Shown here one piece after another: positions 28,816-38,900 of a DNA stretch of 64,000 nt (positions within the stretch are counted from its first letter, which is position 1; every line of letters begins with the position of its first letter). The notes below the pieces were generated by a model. The model searched no databases and was not told the origin of the DNA. It was given only the letters and a program-made list of their open reading frames with translations. The position numbers and the translations under genes are program-made. This DNA comes from Kiritimatiellia bacterium. Lineage in GTDB: Bacteria; Verrucomicrobiota; Kiritimatiellia; RFP12; JBMNHG01. The stretch is taken from NCBI GenBank assembly GCA_050950285.1, contig JBMNHG010000011.1, positions 62,001 to 126,000 on the forward strand, read 5' to 3'.

Positions 28816-29261
28816 TCGACGACCTGATCGCGCTCAATGCGAACGACGGCTTCTGCGCCCGGGAGGAGGGGCCGATATCCGACATCGGGATCGACGGCGT
28901 CTTCGTCAGCTATTCCCACAGCGCGGGCTGCATCGTGTGGAACGTTCCGATCCCGCCCCGACGATTTCCTTCGGGAGCGGCACGACCATCGCCAATCTTG
29001 TCGTGCGGGACTGCGTGCAGGAGAACCGCACCGATCGTCCGCTCGTCTTTTTGCAAAATCGCGGAAAAATCGTGAAAAAGACGATGGACGCCATCGCGCT
29101 GCATGCGGCTCCAGGGGCGGCGGAGAACATCCTCGAAACCGAGGAGAAGCTCTGGACCGACAAGGGGCATGTCGCCGATCTCGTCAAGGAGGGCAAGCCG
29201 GTGGACGGCTACTATCCCGACGCCAACCCCGGGGAATATTGAAAGGCAGATTGCCTATGGA
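28816..29261 (+). pseudogene. duplicated 3' fragment of the 25047 gene with a 274-bp internal deletion
   Basis: 28816-28926 matches 25738-25848 (5 mismatches by eye); 28921-29261 matches 26117-26457 (3 mismatches); the blocks join at a shared GCGCGG. Confidence 0.9.
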
Positions 29262-29395
29262 GCCTCAAGCCCGTGCCGCTTCGCCGGGTACGCGAACGCA
29301 GGCCGATCAGGCCGTTCCGTCCGACCGGACGGATCCTGGAGAACATTCGAAGCGGCCCTTCAGCGTCAGCCGTGCATCTCTCCGCCGCTTTTCCA

Positions 29396-29423
29396 TTGAT
29401 TCCGGGGGGAAATGTGCTATCGT
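29396..29423 (+). promoter_or_regulatory. candidate sigma70 promoter with extended -10, upstream of 29551/30023
   Basis: TTGATT, 16-nt spacer ending TGC, then TATCGT. Confidence 0.4.
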
Positions 29424-29550
29424 GCATCCAGTCGTTTGACGTGTCAGTTCATCGTCCCGTCCGCTTGACCCGCCATCGTGGCATGCGTTTTGTGCGTGTG
29501 CCGCGGGCTGGCCGAGCCGTCGAGGACGATAAGCAACCGGAGATGATGCC

Positions 29551-29991
29551 ATGAAACCATTGCGCAGCGCTTGTTTCGCGATTCCGGTGATCGTCCTGGG
29601 GGCGCTTGCCGCTCCCTCGGCGTTGGCGGACGCCAATTTCAACAACGCCACCGGCGACTATCTGTGGTTCAATCCGTTGAACTGGAGTGGAAACACGCTC
29701 CCGCTTCCCTCGGATTGGACGTACATCAACAATTCCGCCATGGCGGCGGACAAGAAGACGAGCGAGACATCGCCCGCCATCCTCCACAGCGCAACGGAGA
29801 CGGCCGACGTCACCTTCCTGCATCTGGGCTGGGGCGCGGGCGATTCCGGATGGCTGGACGTCCAGTCCGACCTCAATGCGCTGGCCAGCACCGTTGCGAA
29901 CTCCCAGAATGCTCAAGGGGGGCTTCGTTTCTCCGGCGGCGCCGTTTCGCTCTATTTCCCGCCGCGAAGAACCCTGGTGACCATCCGCCAG
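29551..29991 (+). pseudogene. chimeric relic: first 130 codons of the 34188 gene fused to a 30023-type C-terminal tail whose stop is read through
   Basis: 29551-29940 matches 34188-34577 (3 mismatches in 390 nt); 29941-29991 matches 31898-31948 at 43/51 nt with TAG to CAG, so the ORF runs on to 30174. Confidence 0.85.
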
Positions 29992-30022
29992 GCGCAAAAT
30001 CGTTCCAAAGAAAGGCAAACCC

Positions 30023-31948
30023 ATGAAACCAGCATACGCCATAGTCTTGTTCGCAATCGGCTGTCTCGCCGTTCCACGCCTGTCGGCGCAGGACTTTCAG
30101 CCAATCGCGACCAACAGCACGGTCAACGTGACCAACAACGCCGTCGTCGCCGTAGCGGAGACGGAGGTGCTTGAAACCGTCGTCACGACCAACCTCGCGA
30201 CGTATGTCGGCCCCGAAACAAAAAGCTCGGGCTTCATCGCCGCCAACTGGGACGTCGACGAGGTGCCGACCAACACGGTCGAATCCGTCCATGGGCGCTA
30301 CGACGTCCTCGACGTCTCCAGTTTCATCGACTACACGGACTGTTTCACGAACTGGATCGAGGAGCTCGACGGCTACGGCGTGTTCACCACCAACTACTGG
30401 ACGCTGCAAACCAACGTGGTCGATTTCGTCACGAACCACGTCGGCCAGTACGACATCGTCATCGATGGCAATTCGGAACAGGACTCCGTTGTGGAATTCT
30501 CGACGGCGAATCCATCCACGGCATACGGCTTCGTCACCGTTTCCGAAAACGACACCGTGGAGTTTCGCAATGCCAATGCGACGGTGTGGCACCGTGTCGA
30601 GGGCTTGCGGAACGCGGGAACGTTCGAGGTTTTCGCTTATTCGGGCTCGAAGAACGGCAGGGATTGCTACACAACCATCGCCTCCGCCGTGACCAATCTC
30701 CCCGGCGCGACGATCCATGTCCAAGTGCCGTCCACTGGCCGCAATCAGAACGACGCGGCGTTGACGCTGCCATTCGAAGGCTTCGTCAATCACGGCGACG
30801 TCCACATGATCCAACAAGTCTCGGATCGGAACACGGCGACCCTCTCGCTCTCCGGCGATGGCGGAACCTTCGTCAACAACGGCCTGGTCTGGCTGAGCGC
30901 CCGCGGGTCGCGCAACGATGGACGAAATTCCACTTACGCCGGGTTGTATTTTACCGCCGCGACGCACAACATCCATGGCACGTTGACGGGAACGGGGCGG
31001 ATCTGGATGGAGGAGCGGAACAAGGATCCGGCCCATCCCCGGCAAGTCCGCATCAACTCCTCGTCCACCTGGCTGACGCTCACGAACGACGTCGCCCACG
31101 CCATCGAAGGTTCCGGCCTCATCGAAGGCGGAATCTGCCTGATGAATGCGGGGCTGGTGATGCAGACCGGGACGAACGGGCACCTCGACTTGAGGCAGCC
31201 GACGATGTACAACGACTATTCTGGAACCTTGTCGAGCTGGCAGAAGCGCATCATCAACCTGCCGACGGGGCGCATGGTCGCCGCCGGCGGCGGCGGGAGG
31301 GGGCTCTTCATCGGCAATACGGACACGAAAGACAGGCGTCCAAACGGCTTCGAGAACTACGGGTTGCTGGAGGCGCGGACAGGCGCCTTCATCTCGTTCC
31401 GCAAGAACACCACGCAAGGGGAAGGCACAAGCATTTACGACATCCCCGAGATCCTTGTCCAATCCGGCACCTGGGCCGGCGGGGGCGAGTTCCACACGCT
31501 GCGCCCGCTCCAGCTCGACGACAACGCCGTTCTTTCTCCGGGCGACCTCCATGCGGAGGATGCGTTTGGCAGCGTTCTGACCAATGGCACCGGGGTTTCC
31601 ACCTTCGGGTTGCTCACATTCACCAACGCGCTCATTCTCTCCAGCGCCACGACGCTCGACTTCCAGTTCCACGACGCGGAGGAGGGGCGCGGCATGGGGT
31701 ACGACTCGGTTCATGTCGGCGGCCCGTTGACGCTCGACGGCGTGCTTGACGTCTCCGCGCCCAGCGGTCACATCCGGGAAGGGGACTATACGCTTTTCAC
31801 GTGCCCTCCCGGCGAACTGACCGACAACGGCCTTGAGCTCGGCAGCATTCCCGACGGAAGCGGGACGCCCATCATCGATGTCGACGCCGATGCCGGCACC
31901 GTTTCGCTCTCCTTCCCGCCGAGGAAAACCCTGGTGATCATCCGCTAG
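30023..31948 (+). CDS. secreted passenger-like beta-helix protein with terminal KTLVIIR motif
   Basis: GAAAGG RBS; signal peptide; FVNHG/FVNNG/FENYG repeats; VLSPGD...FGLLTF, YDSVHVGGPLTLDGVLDV, GDYTLFTC. Confidence 0.8.
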   Translation: MKPAYAIVLFAIGCLAVPRLSAQDFQPIATNSTVNVTNNAVVAVAETEVLETVVTTNLATYVGPETKSSGFIAANWDVDEVPTNTVESVHGRYDVLDVSSFIDYTDCFTNWIEELDGYGVFTTNYWTLQTNVVDFVTNHVGQYDIVIDGNSEQDSVVEFSTANPSTAYGFVTVSENDTVEFRNANATVWHRVEGLRNAGTFEVFAYSGSKNGRDCYTTIASAVTNLPGATIHVQVPSTGRNQNDAALTLPFEGFVNHGDVHMIQQVSDRNTATLSLSGDGGTFVNNGLVWLSARGSRNDGRNSTYAGLYFTAATHNIHGTLTGTGRIWMEERNKDPAHPRQVRINSSSTWLTLTNDVAHAIEGSGLIEGGICLMNAGLVMQTGTNGHLDLRQPTMYNDYSGTLSSWQKRIINLPTGRMVAAGGGGRGLFIGNTDTKDRRPNGFENYGLLEARTGAFISFRKNTTQGEGTSIYDIPEILVQSGTWAGGGEFHTLRPLQLDDNAVLSPGDLHAEDAFGSVLTNGTGVSTFGLLTFTNALILSSATTLDFQFHDAEEGRGMGYDSVHVGGPLTLDGVLDVSAPSGHIREGDYTLFTCPPGELTDNGLELGSIPDGSGTPIIDVDADAGTVSLSFPPRKTLVIIR

Positions 31949-32185
31949 CCGCCAGCCTGCCTCCGGTTGAGGACGATGGACCGTGGCTTAGGGGCCATCG
32001 AAGTTTTCCCCATCGGCGCGCAAACCGCCCTTTCGTGAACGCGAACGTGTACGTGGACGATTCGGCAAAGCCGCCACAGCCCAATCCCAAAGCTCCATCA
32101 TGGCCACAAGAAATAAGGAACCACAAAAATTCTTCGTGCATTCAGTAGTTGAAAAACACCCGTTTTCGCCTGTCCTTCCACAGTT

Positions 32186-32250
32186 CGACAAAGCTCTCTC
32201 GACAAAGTTTTGCCGCCCCCAGCCCCTAATCCCCGACACCTGATCCCTAA
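32186..32250. repeat. twin CGACAAAG motif (copy 2) followed by five degenerate heptamers
   Basis: CGACAAAG at 32186-32193 and 32200-32207; CCCCCAG CCCCTAA TCCCCGA CACCTGA TCCCTAA at 32216-32250. Confidence 0.55.
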
Positions 32251-34191
32251 ATGAAAACATCCATGAAAAACTTCGCAATCCCCTGGATGACGCTTTGTGC
32301 CGCGACCCTCGTCTGCTGCGCCGCCGCCGCCGAACGCAATCTTCTCGTCAACCCCGGGTTCAAGGACGGCCTGACCAACGGTTGGACGGACCGCACGACA
32401 AAGCGCCAGAAAGTGTCCGCCGGCAAGGCGGACGGTCTTCCCGAGGGCGTCAACGCCCTGCGCGTCGACATCGTCGCGGACGGCGGCAAGTCGCACGGCC
32501 AGATCATCCAGTTCGTTCCGGTGCGTCCGGGCGTGGCCTACCGCGTCAAGGCGCTGGTCAACGCCGGGCTTCCCGACATCGCCTACATGCAGATCAAGCA
32601 GATGAAGGGGAAGAGCGAGGGCGAGAGGCTGTCCACGGACACGAACAAGAAGGCCGGCGCCTGGGAGGTCGTGGAGAGGGAGCTGACCACGTCGCCGGAC
32701 ACCACGGCGCTGCAAGTGCTGTTCCGCTTCCGCATGAACGCCGGTTGCGTGGGCAAGTCCGTTTTCCTGGCGCAGCCCTCGCTGGTCGCCCTCGACGACG
32801 GGGACGAGCCGCCCGCACCCTTCGAGCCGCCGAAGCCCGTCGAGCCGAAGGTCGCGAAGGCGGGCGTCGACATGTATGTGACGCCGACGGGCGCGGGGCG
32901 TCGGGACGGGCGCGACTGGGACCATGCGCTCGCGGCCGCCGATGGCGGTTTGCAGAAGGCCTGGGACGCGGCGGGGCCGGGCGACACCGTGTTCGTGGCG
33001 GGCGGCGAATACGGCGTCGTTTCGCTCCAGATGGCCGAGGGCGGGGCAAGCGCGGAGAAGCCGAAGCGCCTCGTCGGCGTGGACCGCGGCGTGCCGGGGT
33101 TCAAGCGGCCCGTGTTCACCGGCACGTGGAGGAAGGAGAAGCCGGCTTCCGGCCCCACCTTCATTTCGATGTCGCCGGGCGCGTGTTTCATCGAAATCGC
33201 GAACATCGAGCTGCGCGGCTACAAGGGCGCGCTCGTGGCAAAGGGGCCGAACCACGGCTTGCGCATCCTCGACGTCGATGCGCGTGAATGCCGCGATGCG
33301 TTCTGGATCGATGGCGGGGCGGCGCCGTCGGTGCCGGACAGCGGTTCGCGCGGCATCGTGATGGATGGCTGCGACGTGATCCTCTACACGAAACGAGCCT
33401 TGCGCACGATGAACGGCGTCCATCACATGAAGGTGCTGAACTGCGTCGCCGACGCGGGCGGGCGGGACTACGCGATCGAGATCTTCCCGGTGGGCTTCCA
33501 CATCCTCGGCGGCAAGCTGCCCGCCCAGAAGGACCACCACATCGAGTTCGTGAACTGCGAGGCGCGGAACAACTGGCATGTCGCCGGCCCGGACAAATAC
33601 TGGAACGCCGACGGCTACGCCGCCGAGCGCAACACGGCGGATTTGACTTTCGTCAACTGCCGCGCGTTCGGCAACACGGACGGCGGGTGGGACATCAAGT
33701 CGACGCGTCCGAAATGGGTGGACTGCGTGGGGATCGCCAACAAGCGCAACTTCCGCGTCTGGACGCAGCCCGCGGGCGAGAAGGCGATCTTCGAGAACTG
33801 CCTCTCGGCCTACTCGATCGACTACGGCGACCGGGGGCACGACGTGGGGTTCTGGATTCAGGCGGGGGGCGAGGCGACGCTCGATCGCTGCACGGCGTGG
33901 GAGGACCGCGTGCCGGTGTCGGTCGAGAGCAGGACGGATGACCAGGCCTCCACGCTCAACCTGGGGCGCTGCATCATTTCGCCAAGCGCGAAGGGCCATG
34001 GCATGCGCCGCGACGGCGTGGTCACGGTCAACGACCGGGGCAGCGTCGTGCGGGATCGGCCGGATGCGCCGGTGGTCCGGCTCAAGGCGCCGTCCCGCGA
34101 GATGAAGGATCCCGGCGATGCGTTCGACTCCGTTTCGCATCCGGAGATTGGATATAAGAGCAGAACTGGAAACCAGGAGATGATGCCATGA
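32251..34191 (+). CDS. secreted CBM4/9-like domain plus right-handed beta-helix (PL9-like) protein
   Basis: Signal peptide; NLLVNPGF...PVRPGVAYRV; MYVTPTGAG...GPGDTVFV; NADGY...NCRAFGNTDGGWDIKS; alternative start 32263. Confidence 0.75.
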   Translation: MKTSMKNFAIPWMTLCAATLVCCAAAAERNLLVNPGFKDGLTNGWTDRTTKRQKVSAGKADGLPEGVNALRVDIVADGGKSHGQIIQFVPVRPGVAYRVKALVNAGLPDIAYMQIKQMKGKSEGERLSTDTNKKAGAWEVVERELTTSPDTTALQVLFRFRMNAGCVGKSVFLAQPSLVALDDGDEPPAPFEPPKPVEPKVAKAGVDMYVTPTGAGRRDGRDWDHALAAADGGLQKAWDAAGPGDTVFVAGGEYGVVSLQMAEGGASAEKPKRLVGVDRGVPGFKRPVFTGTWRKEKPASGPTFISMSPGACFIEIANIELRGYKGALVAKGPNHGLRILDVDARECRDAFWIDGGAAPSVPDSGSRGIVMDGCDVILYTKRALRTMNGVHHMKVLNCVADAGGRDYAIEIFPVGFHILGGKLPAQKDHHIEFVNCEARNNWHVAGPDKYWNADGYAAERNTADLTFVNCRAFGNTDGGWDIKSTRPKWVDCVGIANKRNFRVWTQPAGEKAIFENCLSAYSIDYGDRGHDVGFWIQAGGEATLDRCTAWEDRVPVSVESRTDDQASTLNLGRCIISPSAKGHGMRRDGVVTVNDRGSVVRDRPDAPVVRLKAPSREMKDPGDAFDSVSHPEIGYKSRTGNQEMMP

Positions 34192-35999
34192 AACCATTGC
34201 GCAGCGCTTGTTTCGCGATTCCGATGATCGTCCTGTGGGCGCTTGCCGCTCCCTCGGCGTTGGCGGACGCCAATTTCAACAACGCCACCGGCGACTATCT
34301 GTGGTTCAATCCGTTGAACTGGAGTGGAAACACGCTCCCGCTTCCCTCGGATTGGACGTACATCAACAATTCCGCCATGGCGGCGGACAAGAAGACGAGC
34401 GAGACATCGCCCGCCATTCTCCACAGCGCAACGGAGACGGCCGACGTCACCTTCCTGCATCTGGGCTGGGGCGCGGGCGATTCCGGATGGCTGGACGTCC
34501 AGTCCGACCTCAATGCGCTGGCCAGCACCGTTGCGAACTCCCAGAATGCTCAAGGGGGGCTTCGTTTCTCCGGCGGCACCGTCACCTACGGCCGGGGCAT
34601 CACCTGCGGCCAGCAACTCAACGCCACCGGCGTGGTCGAGATCGCCGGCGCCGCAGTCTCCGCGGCGCCCACGGTTGACTACAACATCAAGCTTGGCGAA
34701 AACGGAAGCGGCGTTCTCCGCATGAAATCCGGCACCTTGCGCACGGTCGGCGATCTCATTCCCGGCAACAATCCGACGGCGTCCGGCACGGTCGACGTTT
34801 CCGGCGGCTCGATGTGGATTGGCCGCAGCATCGGCCACTGGATGGGCAGGGCGGCCTATCGGCAGTCGGGCGGCTTCGTCTCGATCGGGAACACGCTGAC
34901 CCTTGGATCCGGCGTGAACGGCACGGTCCCGAGCCAGGGCAGCGCCGACATTTCCGGCGGGACGCTCGTCGTCTCGAACAAGCTCTTTGCCGGGCAGAAC
35001 GGGAGCTGCAACTGGAGCCAGACCGGCGGTGACGTCCGGGTCGGCAATGGCGGCGTCGTTTTCGGGCTTGGCGCCTACAGCGTCGTCGACGCCTTGTTCG
35101 ACGGCGCGGACACGACGTTCGCCACCTCCGGCGAAATCTACCTTTCCAGCGGCAATGGCAGCGTCGCGACCCTGACGCAGAAGGCCGGGGCGCTGACGAC
35201 GCCCATCTTCAACCTCGCCAGCAAGAGCAACGCCGTCGCCCGCTACGTCCTGGAGGGCGGCTCCCTTTCCGTCTCGAATGTTTTGCGCGTGGGGTTTAGT
35301 GGATTCGGCGCCTTCGAGCAGTCGGGCGGCAACGTCTATGTGAAAAACAACATCCATCTTCCGTTCCAGAACAAGGACGCCTACAATTTTGGCGTCGAGT
35401 CGGTTTACCGCATGACGGGCGGCACGCTGCGGAACGACGGCTTCACGAGGCTGGGGGTCGGCGGCGGACGCGGACGTCTGGAACTGCTGGGCGGCACGGC
35501 CACGTTCGGCAACTTCGTGTTCGTCGGCAACGGGAACCTGCTGGGTCGGCAGGGGCGCGGCACGCTGCTCCTGGGCGGCGAGGTGAACGCGACGTTCCTC
35601 GGCGAGACGACAATCGGGGCGGAGGACACGGACTCCCGCGGCACGCTTCACGTCTGCGGCGGCGGCACGGGCGAGCGAAAATTCCAGGGGAACCTCTATC
35701 TGCGCAACGCCCCCACGATCAAAGCCACGATCGACGGGAAGGGGCTCAACCCCGTGACGGTCAACGGCTACCTCGAGGTCCTCTCGCCCGTGACGCTGGT
35801 CCCGGATCATACAAAGGACGCGAAGCCCGGCACGTACACCGTTCTGCAGTACACCAGCGCGCTGGTCCAGTCTCAAGGATGCGATTTCGCCTTCGACCCC
35901 TCGGTGGACACCGCCCGCTGGAAGTTCGACTTCGATCCCGTGGCGAAGACGCTGACGCTGACCTTGAGAGACCGCGGCACCACGATCATGGTTCGCTGA
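34188..35999 (+). CDS. secreted passenger-like beta-helix protein with terminal GTTIMVR motif
   Basis: AGGAG RBS; signal peptide; WFNPLNWS; many (Q/M/L/I)(S/T)GG coils; PGTYTVLQY. Confidence 0.85.
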   Translation: MKPLRSACFAIPMIVLWALAAPSALADANFNNATGDYLWFNPLNWSGNTLPLPSDWTYINNSAMAADKKTSETSPAILHSATETADVTFLHLGWGAGDSGWLDVQSDLNALASTVANSQNAQGGLRFSGGTVTYGRGITCGQQLNATGVVEIAGAAVSAAPTVDYNIKLGENGSGVLRMKSGTLRTVGDLIPGNNPTASGTVDVSGGSMWIGRSIGHWMGRAAYRQSGGFVSIGNTLTLGSGVNGTVPSQGSADISGGTLVVSNKLFAGQNGSCNWSQTGGDVRVGNGGVVFGLGAYSVVDALFDGADTTFATSGEIYLSSGNGSVATLTQKAGALTTPIFNLASKSNAVARYVLEGGSLSVSNVLRVGFSGFGAFEQSGGNVYVKNNIHLPFQNKDAYNFGVESVYRMTGGTLRNDGFTRLGVGGGRGRLELLGGTATFGNFVFVGNGNLLGRQGRGTLLLGGEVNATFLGETTIGAEDTDSRGTLHVCGGGTGERKFQGNLYLRNAPTIKATIDGKGLNPVTVNGYLEVLSPVTLVPDHTKDAKPGTYTVLQYTSALVQSQGCDFAFDPSVDTARWKFDFDPVAKTLTLTLRDRGTTIMVR

Positions 36000-38900
36000 T
36001 GGGCATGACGTTTGCCATGGATCGTCCTTGCCGTATGCGCCTGCTCGCCTCTCTGGCCGCCATCCTGCTTGCCTGCGGCGTCCATGCCGCCCCCGTTTCG
36101 TTCAAGGATGATTTCCGCGCGTATCGCGAGGGGATGCCGCCCTCGCAGGCCTGGTTCACGCAAGGGGGGTGGACCGTGCAACGAGGGGGGCTTCAATGCG
36201 GGGACGTCCGGCAGGCCGCGGCCGCGCCGGCGGATGTTCCCTACGGCAGGACGGTGACGCTGGAGGCCAGGGTCACGCCGCTCGGCGCGACGGGCTCCAA
36301 CTGGAAGACGACGGGGCTTGCCGTCTACTGGGATGCGAAGAACTACTGGCTGCTGTGTCTCACCGAGTTCCCCGGCAAGGAGGACGGCGCCAAGCATCTG
36401 ATCGAGCTCAATGCGATGGTGGATGGAGTCTGGCAGGCGAATGTGCAGGGCGACACGGCGCTCGAGGAATGGCCGCCGCTGCAAGGAGGGACCTGGCGCA
36501 CGGGCGAGACCTGCACGATGCGCCTGGCGATGACCGCCGAAGGCATCCGCGGAACGATCGCCGATTCGACGGGCAAGCGGATCTATGAACGCGGCTACCG
36601 TTTCCAGGATGGCGTCAAGACGGTTCGCGCCGGCGTGCCGGTGCTGTGGAACCAGTCGTTCGACACGCGTTTCGACGATGTGGCGCTCGTCGTGGACGAT
36701 GCCGTGGAACCGCCCGAAGACGTCATCAACCGGCGCAAGCCGATACCGGCCCCGCGCGTGACGGCCGACGGCGCCGATTACCGATTCCGCGACGATTTCG
36801 ACAAGACGGCGAACGAGCATGCGCTCGTTGCGCCGTGGCATGCGACCAGCCGGTATTGGGAAACGAAGCGCGGGGCGCTGCGCGGCGCGGACGGCGGGCG
36901 CGTCCATGCCACCGTCGATGGCGCGCCCATCGGCACGTCCGTTCGCGTCGAGGCGGATGTCGTGGTCGAGCAGTCGCTCGGCGGCACGTGGAAGCAGGCC
37001 GGGCTGGCCATCGCCCAGGCGCCGGACCGGTACTGGCTGCTCTGCCTCGTCGAAGAGCCCGGCAACCATGCCGGCGCCAAGCACATGATCGAGCTCAGCG
37101 AGATGCTGCCCGGCAACAAATGGCAGGCGCAGAACCGCGAGGGCACGACGCTGGAGGTCGTCGAAAGCCGCAGTTTCGCGCAGTGGTCCAAGCATGCGCA
37201 GTACAAGATGCGGATCGAGCTGACGCCGACGTTGATTGAAGGCACGGTGTTCGGGGCTCACGGCGAGGTCGTCTTCCATGGACTCTATCGCTTCAAGGAC
37301 GGCGTGGAGGCCGTGCGGGAAGGCACGCCGATCCTCTGGAACCAGGGGTTCGACTGTTCGTTCGACAACGTGGAGTTCGTCGTTGACGGCGCCAAGGACG
37401 GCACGCCCTTTTCGCAGATCCGCCCGAAGGAGGATTTCACGCCCTACAAGGCGCGGCCCTACACGGCTGCGCCGATGGGCAGGAAGCTTGTCGAACAAGC
37501 CCCCGGATTCTTCACGGTGGCCGAGGCCGATGGCGTCCATTGGTTTGTCGATCCCCAAGGTTATGCCTATTATTCGGTCGGCGTCGAGCAGGTGAAGTAC
37601 AGCGGCCACTTCAGCCCCGCGCTCGGCTATTCGCCTTACAACCGGAACATTCTCGCGAAGTACGGCACGGTGCAGAAATGGGCGGACGCCACGAGCGCCC
37701 GGCTGCGGGAATGGGGCTTCAACACGGCCAGCGTGATGCCCTACGCGGTCGCACCCGGCGGGGGCGAGGCGTTTCTGGACGGCATCGCCGTGACGATGAT
37801 CGCGAACATCGGACAGAGCTTCGTGGCCTATTCCGATCTCTCGCCGATCACCATAAACGGTTTCCCAAACGTGTTCCATCCGCGCTGGCAGGAGCATTGC
37901 GACGCCAAGGCCCGGGAGTTCTGCGCGAGGTTCCGCGACAACCCGTGGATTCTCGGCTACTACATCGACAACGAGCTCGATTGGCACGGCAGCAACTGCG
38001 CCGCGTTCTTCATCCACACCCATGCCGGCGGCGACGGACCGCTGGAGTACGGGCTCATGCTCGACATCCTCCGCAAACCGAAAGACCACTCCGCGCGCGT
38101 GGCCTTCCTGGACTTTCTGCGCCAACGCCATGGCGACATCGCCAGGCTGAACGCCGCGTGGGGGACGGGCTTCTCCGGATTCGACGCCATCGAAGCCGAC
38201 GAGGTCTTCGTCCTCGGCGACCCGGTTCCGGGCAGCCATCCCGACATGCGCGAATTCCTCCGCATCATTGCGGAGCGCTACTACGGCGCGACAACCGCCG
38301 CCATGCGAAAGGCCGATCCCAACCACCTCGTTCTCGGCACCCGGTTCGCCGGATGGTCGCAGGAGCCGGTTTGGGAAATGTGCGGCAAGTACTGCGACGT
38401 CGTCAGCGTCAACCATTATCCGTTTGTCGAGCTGGAGGAGGGGACGGTCGACGGCGCCCGCGAGATGCTGCATCGCGTCGTGAAGCTCTGCAAGCGTCCG
38501 ATCCTTCTTTCGGAATGGAGCTTTGTGAGCCTGGATTCCGGCCTGCCGTGCCGGCATGGCGCCGGCGAACGCTTCGACACCGAAGCGCAGCGCGCGAAGG
38601 CGTTTCAGATCTACCAGTCGATGATGATGGAGACTCCGTTCTGCATCGGCTCCGACTACTTCATGTGGGTGGACCAGCCTTCGGGCGGCATGCCGTCGGC
38701 TTCGAATCCCGAGGATTGCAGCTATGGGCTGGTGAAGGAGAACGACGAACCCTATCCGCTGCTGGTGAAGGCCGCGACGGAGATCAACCGCCTCGCCGTC
38801 CCGCTCCATGACCAAGTGGTGCCGACGCTGCGGTTCAACGGATCGACGCTCGTCGTCGAGAATCGTTGCGAGACGCCCCGCAAGGCCGTCGTCGAGATCT

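Noticed and set aside
29992..30174. 207-aa ORF 29551-30174 as a functional gene
   Set aside because: Its last 60 codons come from read-through of a TAG-to-CAG change and overlap the 30023 gene out of frame.
28411..32250. CRISPR array or IS element in the repeat-rich intergenic regions
   Set aside because: No regularly spaced 25-45 bp repeats, no cas or transposase ORF, and no terminal inverted repeats with target duplication that I could identify.
25738..34577. Diversity-generating retroelement, suggested by near-identical repeat pairs with several differences at A positions
   Set aside because: No reverse transcriptase in the window; the adenines are in the intact genes rather than the non-coding copies; non-A differences and a deletion are present. 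Ordinary duplication and decay fits better.
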